A stretch of 62,690 nucleotides of DNA, counting the filler, from Nitrospinae bacterium RIFCSPLOWO2_12_FULL_45_22 (GTDB lineage: Bacteria; 2-12-FULL-45-22): the NCBI GenBank assembly GCA_001803565.1. It is 5 parts of 5 records of this genome, joined end to end, with 100 filler letters (N's around TTAATTAATTAA, not from the genome) between each part and the next. Parts side by side here need not be neighbours in the genome. Positions count along the whole stretch, not along the records: positions 1 to 12,506 come from MHDQ01000005.1; 4 more parts are not named here. The stretch is one strand, 5' to 3'. Every line of letters begins with the position of its first letter. Position 1 is the stretch's first letter. Positions 1 through 9,533 of the stretch are shown piece after piece. Both the position numbers and the translations under genes were made by a program. Under the pieces are notes generated by a model. The model was given only the letters and a program-made list of their open reading frames with translations. It was not told where the DNA came from and searched no databases.

Positions 1-512
1 ATTCTGACCCCCCCGGCCTCGGTCACATAATACTGGCCGGTTTCTTTCTTTGTCCCTTCCAGCCTGTTTTTAGATAGATAATATGAGGTATTAGGGAGCA
101 CCCGGATCTGCTTGAGGGGGAACCATTGTTTATCTGCCAGGCGGTCAATGACCGACTGGGGCAGAACCTTGGGGAGCCAGGCAAAGTTTTTATAATTGTC
201 CTGGGTGATTACCAGCCCTGGCTTCAGCTCCTCTGGAATCTCACCCTTTTTTCGCGCCTCCTCCAGAAGTGAAAAGACATCATACCCCCGCCACTCCTTC
301 CATCCCTTCTGTAAGGCCCATACATCCGGGTGATTGAGCAGCTCCGCCCACTTCTGGTCCGCTGCATTACCCGATGTCTTAGCAAATTCTATCCAGTCTT
401 TGACGTACTGAGGCGGTTCTTGCGCAGAGGTGATGCCAGGGATAAAGAACAGAGCAACCGCTATACTTATAGTCACTTTGCATAAAAAAGCCCTCTTTGT
501 GCTGTGATTCAT
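1..512 (-). CDS. Exported protein, probably DUF1329 family (partial, runs off window start)
   Basis: Read manually: ATG at 512 with AGGAGG RBS upstream; open frame MNHSTKRAFLCKVTISIAVALFFIPGITSAQE... with signal peptide and a PGLVITQDNY segment; lies directly downstream of the DUF1302-like gene. Confidence 0.6.
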   Translation of the reverse strand, partial: MNHSTKRAFLCKVTISIAVALFFIPGITSAQEPPQYVKDWIEFAKTSGNAADQKWAELLNHPDVWALQKGWKEWRGYDVFSLLEEARKKGEIPEELKPGLVITQDNYKNFAWLPKVLPQSVIDRLADKQWFPLKQIRVLPNTSYYLSKNRLEGTKKETGQYYVTEAGGVR

Positions 513-539
513 AACTCATTCTCCTCCTTTCTCTATTCA

Positions 540-2402
540 TTAGAATTGATAAACAATCTCGAATTCAATGGAATCATTGTTGTCAAAGACCCCAAAAGAC
601 TTGTCTCCTTTTCCCTCCATATGGATCCACTCGATCCGGGGCCGCCAGTTGTCTCCAAAAGTCCTGAAGGTCACCCGGTGGCGCATGCCAAACCCACTAT
701 TGTTCTGATCAAAGATATATAATGCATCCAGATTGATAAGGTCTTTATATACCTCGGTATTCCAGGCGAAGGTAAACCAGAACTCGTTGTCAGGCCGTCT
801 CCAATCAATATATGGAGATTGCCATAGGACACGTCGTTCCCCCGCCTCATTATTTATAACCTTAAATAAAAAGACCTGGAAACTGGTAAAGATAGACCGG
901 GGACGGGTCAGGAGCCAGTTGCCATAGAAGGAGTCTGGTAACCAGAGGAAGTAGTCAATGCCGAACAGAGTGGACCAGAAATCCTTCTCCACCACCGAAA
1001 ACCGGTCTTCAGCAACTAGCCGGACAGTGTTAAAAGGCTTGTTAAACTCATAAGAAGTTTCCAGGCGGAAGACTGGGCTAACCTTTTTGGGTGGGAGCTT
1101 GATAAAGTGCATCTCCCGCGTAGCAGTAAAACCCACAAGTTTTTTATGTTCCCGAAAGTCCACATCCACATTGGCTACCACTGAAAGACCGCCAGGAATA
1201 CCTGAGCTGCCCAACGGGGGGAGGGGTAGTCCCAGGAATGGGGCAGCCGTGCCTGTAGCTAAATCAACCAAGCCGGCATTAACGAATCCAAAAGCCGCTT
1301 CACCTAATGATGGCGATACAGGCTGGTTAAAAGGAGGTGGGTTAATAGAGAGTGGTGCCCTGCCGTCAGGCCCCAGGTGCAGCTCAGCGTTTCTGACCCG
1401 GGTAATGGGCATATCCTGCCAGCCATAATAACCACTCAACGTGAAATCGGTGTCAAACATCCGCCAGGAGTAGCGGGTAGCAAAGGCCCCATTATTCCAA
1501 TTCCACCAGTCTGTGCTAGCGGGTGTAGTAATAAAGTGCGCAAACACCCGATCGGGAAGCGGTCCCCGGGGTGAGAAGTCGTGCCTGGGCAACGGGAATC
1601 CCCACCTCCCACCTGCCTCCTTGTCAAAAGGGTTATTGATAATGAGCTCACTGTGCCGCACATTGGGAATCCAAATAAACTCCAGACTCTGGGCCCTGAT
1701 GCCCAGGCGATCAAGGGGGATATAATCATCTAAAAAGAAAGTCAGGTCTGCCATCCATTGGTCAATTCGCAACTCCTCATAGTCCCGAAAGAGGAAGCGC
1801 TTGCGAAAATCAAGGGGATTGATCACATCCATTAGGCGCAGACCATCCGCCTGCCCCCATCCCCGCTGAAACTTTCCCAGGGTAAGGGCAAACCCTTTCT
1901 CCCGGTTGGTGAAGGTAACCGAGGCCTCGCGAATCAGGTAATCCCGAAGGAAGTTATTACAGTCTCCATTCCTACAGGTATCTGCGAACGACAGGGCATC
2001 ATCAGCATCTCCATCCCCCGTAGCCCCGGTGTAGGAATGGACTTTCCCCTGGTATTTATAGCCAAAGTTACGGCTGTCATCCCGAAAAGAATGGATAAGA
2101 TCGCCCCAGAGATTTAGATCAAGCTTTACCCACATCCAGTCCTGGTAGCTGTAATTGGTGACAAAATCTAGCAGGTACTCATCTGTCTGATTCTGGAATA
2201 TGGGTCCGGTTGATCCCCGCCCCACATTCTGGTATCCCCAGACGAAACCCTGTCGAATCTTACCGTCCATCCGCAGGTTATGGTCTCCAAAAACGTTCTC
2301 GTATAGGGTTGCCTGGGCTTGCCCGGCGCCACAGCACCACAGCAGCATTACTGTTATAACTCCCAAACAAATGCTGTACATCCCCTTATACCATAACTTC
2401 AT
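540..2402 (-). CDS. DUF1302-like outer-membrane beta-barrel protein
   Basis: Signal peptide; LGKFQRGWGQADGLRLMDVINPLD motif; C-terminal aromatic barrel signal (EIVYQF); context with RND and YCF48 genes. Confidence 0.75.
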   Translation of the reverse strand: MKLWYKGMYSICLGVITVMLLWCCGAGQAQATLYENVFGDHNLRMDGKIRQGFVWGYQNVGRGSTGPIFQNQTDEYLLDFVTNYSYQDWMWVKLDLNLWGDLIHSFRDDSRNFGYKYQGKVHSYTGATGDGDADDALSFADTCRNGDCNNFLRDYLIREASVTFTNREKGFALTLGKFQRGWGQADGLRLMDVINPLDFRKRFLFRDYEELRIDQWMADLTFFLDDYIPLDRLGIRAQSLEFIWIPNVRHSELIINNPFDKEAGGRWGFPLPRHDFSPRGPLPDRVFAHFITTPASTDWWNWNNGAFATRYSWRMFDTDFTLSGYYGWQDMPITRVRNAELHLGPDGRAPLSINPPPFNQPVSPSLGEAAFGFVNAGLVDLATGTAAPFLGLPLPPLGSSGIPGGLSVVANVDVDFREHKKLVGFTATREMHFIKLPPKKVSPVFRLETSYEFNKPFNTVRLVAEDRFSVVEKDFWSTLFGIDYFLWLPDSFYGNWLLTRPRSIFTSFQVFLFKVINNEAGERRVLWQSPYIDWRRPDNEFWFTFAWNTEVYKDLINLDALYIFDQNNSGFGMRHRVTFRTFGDNWRPRIEWIHMEGKGDKSFGVFDNNDSIEFEIVYQF

Positions 2403-2501
2403 AACCCTCCCTCCTCTCTAATAAAATTATTTAGTCCTTGCCTGCCCTCCCCCTCTATCCGGCAAAGGGATCAACCTGGATCAGGGCCAGCCACCTTATG
2501 C

Positions 2502-4895
2502 TTACACTACCTCTTTTTCTTCGCCAGCGTGAATCTTGCCCAGAAGGGATTTGGGTTTAAACACCGTGACTGCCGCGGGGATAAAGACAATAGCCCCAAG
2601 CATGTTAAACAAAAGAACCACCGCTAAAAGGAATCCCATCTCTGCTTGAAACTTTAATCCCGAAAGGAAATACCATGGCATCAGGGGAATAATCATGGTA
2701 GAAGCGGTAAGGACAACAGCCGTACCAGCCGATTTCAACATTGTCGTTATAGCCAGGGGAAGACTTCCTAAACGATGGTACTCTTCCTTAATCCGATCCA
2801 TCACGTAGATCCCGTAATCCACCCCCCGGCCCATCCCCACGGCAGCTACCGGCAAAGTGCTCAGGTTCATACCGATCCCCATAAGGTACATGTAGGTTTG
2901 GGCAATCAACTGAGCCCCCAGGAGGACAATAGCAAGCATAAGGCAGGCAGCTACTGAACGGTAGCTAATATAAACGGTGATAAGGATCACCGCCAGGATA
3001 GCTGCAATAGTCAGGAATTGCGCTTTCTCAATAACCAGGTCAGTAGCCAGGGTAAGGCCCCCCAGGCCCCCGGGGAAGAGGTATAGGATAGTGTCTTTAG
3101 GCTCGCTCCGTTTGCGGGCAAAGAAGTTCTCGATATCGGCAGTGATCTTTCTAAGGGTAGCACTTTTGTGATCACTGAGAAAATAGACGATGTTCCCCTT
3201 AAGCCAGCTCCCGTCTGTAAATACATCAAAGTCTCCCGGATCAGAACGTGACCGAAAGAAGTATAGGTCCATAGCAATGGTCTCGTGCGAGGCCGGGATA
3301 AACTCATAGGAGGGGTCCCCCTCTAATACTACTGAATGGACTTTCTTTACCAGCGGGACCAAAGACTGTACCCCACTCACCTCCTCATGTCTCTGGTACA
3401 AAATACGCGACAGGTCCTCAATGGCCTGGTATACCCGCGACTCTGCCATGGTCCCTTCTGGGCCATCCACAAAGAGCTGGATGGTATCGGTCCCCAAACG
3501 GCCAAATCGCTGATTGATCTCCGTGTTATCCTGGTTATAACGGGCATCAGACCAGAGGATCGGGCTTCCAGGATAGGGATCGCCAATAATAACTTTAGAA
3601 GCGAAAATCGCTCCCACTACAAAGACCACTACCACAACCGCAATAATCGGCTTGCCCCACCGTTGGTAGTCCAAATCGGCCAGCAGGCTGAGTTTGTGGA
3701 GCCACTTCTGTCCCCTTGCCTCCAGCTTCTCGGGTATTGGCACGTAAAAGAAAGTGGCGGCACTAAAGGTCACTGCCAGCGTGATGCTCAAGAGCCAGGC
3801 AGTACAGAGGATAGAGAGGATACGGAGGGTAGGTATCTCTGCCAGGTAAAGCACGGTAAAGCCCATGGCATCAGTAAAGATGGCTGAGAAGCTCGGCTTC
3901 AGCAGCGCCACAATGGTCTCTTCTAAAGCCAGTTTGAAATCTTTAAGGCGGGCGTATTCTTCATAGAAACGATTGGTGATCTGGATGGAGTGGCTCAGGA
4001 TGGTGGCAAAGACAAAGAAGGGCAGGATAAGCATCAAGGGGTTGACATTGTAGCCGGTTATGCTGATGAAACCAAATCCCCAGATGGTGGTCATCACTGC
4101 CTTGATAATGGGGATCATTACCCCCAGGAACGAGGCATAATAAACGTAAACTACCCCCAGAATGATCACAAAGGTCAAAATAAAGATGCCGATCATCTGA
4201 GGTACATAGGCATAGATGGTACCAAGAAGGAGGGGGCGTCCCACACCATGGACTGTTACTGGGCCGTTGGCCTCCTCACGCGCCCGTAGCTCCTCAAAGA
4301 AGTTATAAAACTTCTCAAAGTCCATATCGGGTTTGAAGTCCAGGATGACCATAGCAGCCGTGTCATCCTCCGAGACGAGTTGACCCCCGTAGAGTTCCTT
4401 GGCGTTTATTTTTAGTTGCCTAAGCCCTTCGGCATCCTGGGGTATATCAGGCCACATCAGGCCCTCGATACGAATTGTCCCGGCCTCTCCGGTGATAGCC
4501 TTAATCTTTTTGCTGGCAATAGATTGGACAGAGAAGCGGCTGGTATCGGGATAATAGTAGAGCTCCTCTGCGATTTTACGGAAACGCTGGAGGAATTCCG
4601 GATTGTAGATGTCTCCCTGGGTAGTTTTCACCTCCACCAAGGTGGTATTAGCCCCACCAAAGATCGGGGCATAGGTATTATATCTTTCGACATAGGGATG
4701 CCCTTGCGGAATCATCTCTTCCAGGATGATCTTTAGCTTGAGCCCGGTCACCAAGAAATAACCAAACACACCGGTAAAGATGATCATTACCACGAGCACA
4801 ATCCCTGTGTGCTCCACAAGCAATCGGGCCAATCGTCTCTTCCAATCCATGGTAGTTTTACCCACTCTAAGCCCCTCCTTTCCCAGGATAGACAT
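2502..4895 (-). CDS. RND/MMPL-family transporter permease
   Basis: Two halves, each TM + periplasmic loop + TM bundle; GMGRGVDYGIY motif; true start may be GTG 4865 or ATG 4850. Confidence 0.85.
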   Translation of the reverse strand: MSILGKEGLRVGKTTMDWKRRLARLLVEHTGIVLVVMIIFTGVFGYFLVTGLKLKIILEEMIPQGHPYVERYNTYAPIFGGANTTLVEVKTTQGDIYNPEFLQRFRKIAEELYYYPDTSRFSVQSIASKKIKAITGEAGTIRIEGLMWPDIPQDAEGLRQLKINAKELYGGQLVSEDDTAAMVILDFKPDMDFEKFYNFFEELRAREEANGPVTVHGVGRPLLLGTIYAYVPQMIGIFILTFVIILGVVYVYYASFLGVMIPIIKAVMTTIWGFGFISITGYNVNPLMLILPFFVFATILSHSIQITNRFYEEYARLKDFKLALEETIVALLKPSFSAIFTDAMGFTVLYLAEIPTLRILSILCTAWLLSITLAVTFSAATFFYVPIPEKLEARGQKWLHKLSLLADLDYQRWGKPIIAVVVVVFVVGAIFASKVIIGDPYPGSPILWSDARYNQDNTEINQRFGRLGTDTIQLFVDGPEGTMAESRVYQAIEDLSRILYQRHEEVSGVQSLVPLVKKVHSVVLEGDPSYEFIPASHETIAMDLYFFRSRSDPGDFDVFTDGSWLKGNIVYFLSDHKSATLRKITADIENFFARKRSEPKDTILYLFPGGLGGLTLATDLVIEKAQFLTIAAILAVILITVYISYRSVAACLMLAIVLLGAQLIAQTYMYLMGIGMNLSTLPVAAVGMGRGVDYGIYVMDRIKEEYHRLGSLPLAITTMLKSAGTAVVLTASTMIIPLMPWYFLSGLKFQAEMGFLLAVVLLFNMLGAIVFIPAAVTVFKPKSLLGKIHAGEEKEVV

Positions 4896-5988
4896 TCTTG
4901 CCCCAATTCAGCATCGTCCGGCAGCTTTCTTTGCCGCTTGAGCAATGCAGGACAATTCCTTTTTGGCCGACAACCCACACCCCGGCATCAGGATTAGCTT
5001 GAGACGAATAGAACCATGTTTCTAAAAGATTAACACCTGGGGGAAGTATAATCTCGTGCCAGTGCAGATTATCGCCGTTGCGTCCTTCAAACCAATGGAG
5101 AAAGCGGGTGCCCAGAACCAGTATTCGTCCCGATCCATTATCTATACAGAGGTCAAAAAAATTTTCTTTCCTGCCAGTTGAAATCGTCTCCCATCTCTCT
5201 CCCCCATCGCGGGTGCGCAGGATAGTACCGCTCAAACCAGCCACATAGCCTACCTGGGGGTTAAGAAAGGCGATGCTCATCAAGGTCACGCTCGTTCCAG
5301 TTTCTCTGGCTTGCCAGGATCGCCCTCCATCGCGGGTAACGAAGAGGGAGCCAAACTCTCCCACAATCCATCCTATCTGTTGAGTGAAAAACCGAACCCG
5401 ATTGAGGTGGGCTTCTTTTCCCTCCAAAACCTGTTCTCGCCAGTTTTTTCCTCCATCCCGGGTAACAAATATGGAGCCAGTTCGGGCAATAATCCACCCT
5501 CTGGAGGTATCAATAAAGTCCACATCCCGAAGGTAGATATCGGGATCAAGAGAACGAAGACGCATGGTATCAATCGTTTGCTTAACCCAGCTTTGTCCTC
5601 CATCCTCGGTATGGAGCACGGTTCCTCTCAGCCCGACCGCCCATCCCCGCTTTTCGTCAACAAAGTCTACACCGCGTAAAAGGGCTTTCGTACCAGTCTC
5701 CTGACGGGTCCAACTTTTTCCGCCATCATGGGTGGTAAGAATTGTCCCATAATCACCTACCACCCACCCCTTATCCTCAGTGACAAACTGGAGGTCATAA
5801 AGATGATCTGGTACCCAGCGGATGGTTCCTGTGCTGTGAACTGAAACTGATGAGTGTGCCGTAGAGAAGAGGCCCAGGTAGTATGCAGTAACAGCAACAA
5901 CACTACAGACGATGACCCCCAACAGAGTTCTCGTCACAGGCAATCGTTTATAACTATTGTTTGTCGGTATGCTTCGTGTCTCTCTCAT
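4867..5988 (-). CDS. YCF48-like BNR/Asp-box beta-propeller protein
   Basis: Repeated TxDGGxxW Asp-boxes and GW-V-G blades; likely start ATG 5988 (MRETRS) ahead of a hydrophobic anchor, rather than 6141. Confidence 0.85.
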   Translation of the reverse strand: MRETRSIPTNNSYKRLPVTRTLLGVIVCSVVAVTAYYLGLFSTAHSSVSVHSTGTIRWVPDHLYDLQFVTEDKGWVVGDYGTILTTHDGGKSWTRQETGTKALLRGVDFVDEKRGWAVGLRGTVLHTEDGGQSWVKQTIDTMRLRSLDPDIYLRDVDFIDTSRGWIIARTGSIFVTRDGGKNWREQVLEGKEAHLNRVRFFTQQIGWIVGEFGSLFVTRDGGRSWQARETGTSVTLMSIAFLNPQVGYVAGLSGTILRTRDGGERWETISTGRKENFFDLCIDNGSGRILVLGTRFLHWFEGRNGDNLHWHEIILPPGVNLLETWFYSSQANPDAGVWVVGQKGIVLHCSSGKESCRTMLNWGKNVYPGKGGA

Positions 5989-6234
5989 AAGATAAATTTC
6001 TCCCCAGATGAGATAAAAGTTGTTAATCAGTATCTTATTAAACAAAACGAGAGAGGGGACCAAGGTAAGTAGGTTAAAAAAGGGCATCTTAAAGAGAACA
6101 GTACGTTGAGGAGTAACAGCACCGGTCGTTAGCTTCAGCAAACTATTATCCTGCAGAGCTTAAGCTAATGGTCACTAGCAAAGGAATATCTCACTCAGAG
6201 AGAAAAACCCCTCCCCTTTTGTCAGGTGCACGAT

Positions 6235-6262
6235 ATTATACATTAGTTTAATTATACGTCAA
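6235..6262 (-). promoter_or_regulatory. sigma70-type promoter for the YCF48-RND-DUF1302-DUF1329 operon
   Basis: Minus strand reads TTGACG-N16-TATAAT. Confidence 0.6.
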
Positions 6263-6377
6263 CACTTTTTTCCCTATTGGAGCCCCTTATCTTTTCTGTT
6301 GACACGTTGCAGTAAAATGAAGGAAGTTTTTTTGCCTGAAATCACCAGCAATTCTTGGTCACATTATGTGCTTATAG

Positions 6378-7283
6378 CTATATGATCTTTTCAATAATGG
6401 AATGGAAGGTCTTGGCGCTTACCGAATCAGGGTATTGTAGGATAAAGGGGGTTCCATTATCCGCGGTCTGAGATATCCTTTCATCCAACGGTATGCAACC
6501 CAGGAAAGGTACCCCCATAGCTTGCGCCAGGTTCTCACCACCACCGGTCTGAAAGATATTTGCCTTCTTGCCACAGTCGGGGCAGACAAACCCACTCATA
6601 TTCTCAATAATGCCAATTATCGGTACTTTAGCCTTTTGGCAGATAGTGACCCCTCGCCGGGCTACTCCCTGGGACAGTTCTGAGGGGATAGTCACTACTA
6701 TTACACCGGTCAGGTCCGGGATATACTTCATCATATTAAGGGTCTCTGCCCCAGTACCAGGTGGCAGGTCCAAAACCAGGTAGTCTAATGGCCCGAATTG
6801 GACCGAAGCCAGAAATTCTTCTAAGGCACCGCGCTTGAATTCATCAAACCAGGTCAATGATTCATTATCGTCCATGAGAAAGCCCGTAGAAACCACCTTG
6901 ATTCCTAAAGGGCCTGGTACGGGCAAGATCCCTTCTTTCCCTATCATCAACTTTTTACCCTGGAGGCCAAGGATTTTTGGTATGCTGGGCCCATGGAAAT
7001 CAGAGTCTATGATCCCGGTCTTCTGCCCTCTTTGGACAAGGGCCATGGCCAGGTTAGCTGAGACGGTAGATTTTCCTACCCCACCCTTGCCACTGAGCAC
7101 TGCTAGCTTATACCTTATACCCTTCATCTTTCCCTTTATAATATCCATCCGGCCTTGCTGATAGATGCTATATTTATATGGATCAGGGCAATCAAAATAT
7201 TTATAGCAACTCTGGCATTGGTGGAGGCAGTTTTGATCTACATTAATCCGTAAGAGCTCGGTAAACTTTTCTTCCCTTTCCAC
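6378..7283 (-). CDS. Mrp/NBP35 (ApbC-like) P-loop ATPase with N-terminal Cys cluster
   Basis: GKGGVGKS P-loop, DLPPGTG, ENMSGFVCPDC; N-terminal CxxxCxxCxxxxxC. Confidence 0.9.
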   Translation of the reverse strand: MEREEKFTELLRINVDQNCLHQCQSCYKYFDCPDPYKYSIYQQGRMDIIKGKMKGIRYKLAVLSGKGGVGKSTVSANLAMALVQRGQKTGIIDSDFHGPSIPKILGLQGKKLMIGKEGILPVPGPLGIKVVSTGFLMDDNESLTWFDEFKRGALEEFLASVQFGPLDYLVLDLPPGTGAETLNMMKYIPDLTGVIVVTIPSELSQGVARRGVTICQKAKVPIIGIIENMSGFVCPDCGKKANIFQTGGGENLAQAMGVPFLGCIPLDERISQTADNGTPFILQYPDSVSAKTFHSIIEKII

Positions 7284-7294
7284 AACATCACTCC

Positions 7295-7570
7295 CTAGGT
7301 ATCATAGACCTTTTCTTTAAGCAACAACCCTTCCCTCTCATCAATAATCTTTATGCGCCAGGGCTCGGGCCGCAAGCTACCCCGTTGATATCTAAGCCAG
7401 AGGATATCTCCTTCAGGCAACTTATTCGCCGAGCTGGCCAGTATGGCCTTTACTACCCTGGTATCATATTTCCGATTACCGGGAGCGAGGTCCCGGATAG
7501 CCAGTATTAACTCCTTTCCTTCTGGCAGAGTAGATAGATCATCTACAAAGGTATCGTATTCTTTTGGCAT
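7295..7570 (-). CDS. Phenylphosphate carboxylase gamma-subunit-like protein
   Basis: 91 aa; YDTFVDDL..LPEGKEL.LAIRDL.PG.RKY...VKA...L.LR..RG.L...W.IKII pattern of the ~10 kDa Ppc gamma subunit; directly after a UbiD gene. Confidence 0.8.
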   Translation of the reverse strand: MPKEYDTFVDDLSTLPEGKELILAIRDLAPGNRKYDTRVVKAILASSANKLPEGDILWLRYQRGSLRPEPWRIKIIDEREGLLLKEKVYDT

Positions 7571-7590
7571 CTCTCTCCCCCCTTATTTTT

Positions 7591-7676
7591 TAAGCACTCA
7601 GCTATCAGCATTCAGCTTTTAGTTAAAAAGTGCTAATGTCTTGCTGACCGCTGATAGCTGACGGCTGAACACTTAC
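7591..7676. repeat. Intergenic palindromic element (heptamer CAGCTAT/GCTGATA family)
   Basis: TAAGCACTCAGCTATCAGC...GCTGATAGCTGACGGCTGAACACTTA inverted arms; same family at 17249 and 42761. Confidence 0.8.
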
Positions 7677-7679
7677 AGT

Positions 7680-9110
7680 TTATTTATAGCCGTAGTTTTT
7701 CCAGTTATTCAATACTTTTTCCTGGATTTCTTTAGGATAGATTTCTTTGAAAGAGGCCTTCCTGGGTATAGCAATCTCTTTAGGCCAGTCTAAAGGCCAG
7801 GTACAATCCAGCAGCACTGCGGCCCCTTTTCCCCACATCCTCTCTTCCAGGCTCAAGAATGGTAGCAGAGGATGGCCCACAGCAAATTCTTGTGCCCGGA
7901 TTCCTCTGACCGGGTGGCATTTGGTCACAATAGCATGTAATACCTCGGTAATATTATATGGGTCTACATCGGAATCTACTACTACTATGTAGGGATAAGG
8001 GAGTTTAGTGCCCCAGATGGCATTAGCTATATGGGAGGCAATATTGGTATATTTGGCTTGTACTGCCACCACAATCATATGACCAGAGCATTCGGGTGGT
8101 AGATGGATACCGGTAATAGGGAACCCATAATTATCTAAGATGGTCTTAATATCTGTCCGACCACAAACCGATAGGCAGATATCTGCATCATCCAGTGGTA
8201 CTCCCATATTGGCTACAGTAAGGATAGGGTCGTTCCTGAAGGTTATGGCCTTGACCCGATACACTGGCCGGGGCATCCGAGGGGAAGAGCGATAGCCGGT
8301 ATATTCTCCAAAAGGACCTTCATCTACCCGCTTATAAGGTAAGACTTCGCCTTCAATAATTATCTCCGCATGGGCCGGGACCAGGATATCGCTGGTTTCA
8401 CACTTGATCAATTCTACTGGAGCCCGTCTTATGCCACCAGCCAGGTCCGCCTCATTTCTGCCTACCCCATAAGAGGCGCAACTAGCCAGGGCCGAGATAG
8501 GGTCTGGCCCAATAGCCGTAGCAAAGGGCATAGGTATATTGTTGGCTTCATATTTGCGATAATACATAACGCCAATGTCCTGGGTAGGCAAAAATAATCC
8601 GCCCATATCCCGGCTGTTATGGATCATCTGGCGGTACATCCCCCAATTTACCCAGTCACTATCCATATCCTTGGTGAGAACGAAATGCCAGGTACTTATA
8701 TAGCGGCCACCATCACCATCATGCACCATGGGGGCGGGCAGCTCATAAAGGTCTACCTGATCCCCTATCCGGACATTCTCTTTACAAGGGCCATCTTTGA
8801 CTATTACCGGTTTTATGGGGTGCTGGGCCCGCTTGTGGTATTCATCCAGGATCGCGCCCGGATGGGAATCCGCCGGCATATCCATAGCAATAGCTAAGCG
8901 GCGAAAGTTAGCCAGCGGGCCACCAAACATCCGGAACCCCTTGGGATAGCCCTTGATCTTCTGGAAGAAAGGGGCTGGGAGCTTTAGTTCGTAAGACCGC
9001 CTGATTATTGCCCCGGCCTCTAAATCCCAATCCACTTCCTGCGCTACTCGTACCACTTCGCCGGCTTTTTCTAGTGCCTCTATATATTCCCGATTATCTC
9101 TAAATGGCAT
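7680..9110 (-). CDS. UbiD-family prFMN (de)carboxylase, phenylphosphate carboxylase alpha / AbcA-like
   Basis: EVDWDLEAGAI, VHDGDGGRY, NWGMYRQM, DEGPFGEYTGYRSSPR, NMGVPLDD and C-terminal SFKEIYPKEIQEKVLNNW resemble PpcA. Confidence 0.9.
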   Translation of the reverse strand: MPFRDNREYIEALEKAGEVVRVAQEVDWDLEAGAIIRRSYELKLPAPFFQKIKGYPKGFRMFGGPLANFRRLAIAMDMPADSHPGAILDEYHKRAQHPIKPVIVKDGPCKENVRIGDQVDLYELPAPMVHDGDGGRYISTWHFVLTKDMDSDWVNWGMYRQMIHNSRDMGGLFLPTQDIGVMYYRKYEANNIPMPFATAIGPDPISALASCASYGVGRNEADLAGGIRRAPVELIKCETSDILVPAHAEIIIEGEVLPYKRVDEGPFGEYTGYRSSPRMPRPVYRVKAITFRNDPILTVANMGVPLDDADICLSVCGRTDIKTILDNYGFPITGIHLPPECSGHMIVVAVQAKYTNIASHIANAIWGTKLPYPYIVVVDSDVDPYNITEVLHAIVTKCHPVRGIRAQEFAVGHPLLPFLSLEERMWGKGAAVLLDCTWPLDWPKEIAIPRKASFKEIYPKEIQEKVLNNWKNYGYK

Positions 9111-9134
9111 CTTACATCCCTCCTCTCTTTAGGG

Positions 9135-9428
9135 TTACCTGATCATCTCTTCCCGGGTAGGAGCTTTCTTAGGATGGAAGGCATCATCGGGAAGTTCTTC
9201 CAAGACCTGGATTCCCCAATACTGATCGGTGATATCATCTTTCAGGTTTCGAATCCAGAGTTTTGCTGCGCCCGGTAAGGCATTAAAATCCTCTTTGACC
9301 TTAGCCTTTACTACCTTTCTGGCCAAATCTGATAAGTCTCTTACCTCCAGTAATATATCTTTATCCTGTCTTATCTCTTCCAAAAGGTCTTCTAGATATA
9401 ACCAGTACACTTCATAACCCTCTCTCAT
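9135..9428 (-). CDS. Second gamma-subunit-like small protein
   Basis: LEVRDL...KVVKAKV...LP...LWIR...W.IQVLEE aligns by eye with the 7295-7570 protein; follows a UbiD gene. Confidence 0.65.
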   Translation of the reverse strand: MREGYEVYWLYLEDLLEEIRQDKDILLEVRDLSDLARKVVKAKVKEDFNALPGAAKLWIRNLKDDITDQYWGIQVLEELPDDAFHPKKAPTREEMIR

Positions 9429-9444
9429 CTTTTGACCCCTTATT

Positions 9445-9513
9445 CGTTAGGCGTTAGGCGTTAGGTGTAAGTGGTAAGGCTAACCCCTAACGACTCACCA
9501 CTTACGCCTAATG
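9445..9513. repeat. Intergenic palindromic element (GTTAGGC heptamer family)
   Basis: CGTTAGG x3, then TGTAAGTGGT...ACCACTTACGCCTAA inverted arm. Confidence 0.75.
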
Positions 9514-9533
9514 AGCTATCAGCTTCTGCTCTC

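Noticed and set aside
7680-9110. Assigning the symbol ppcA or abcA
   Set aside because: Family resemblance is clear, but the substrate cannot be fixed without phylogeny; delta and synthase genes are not seen
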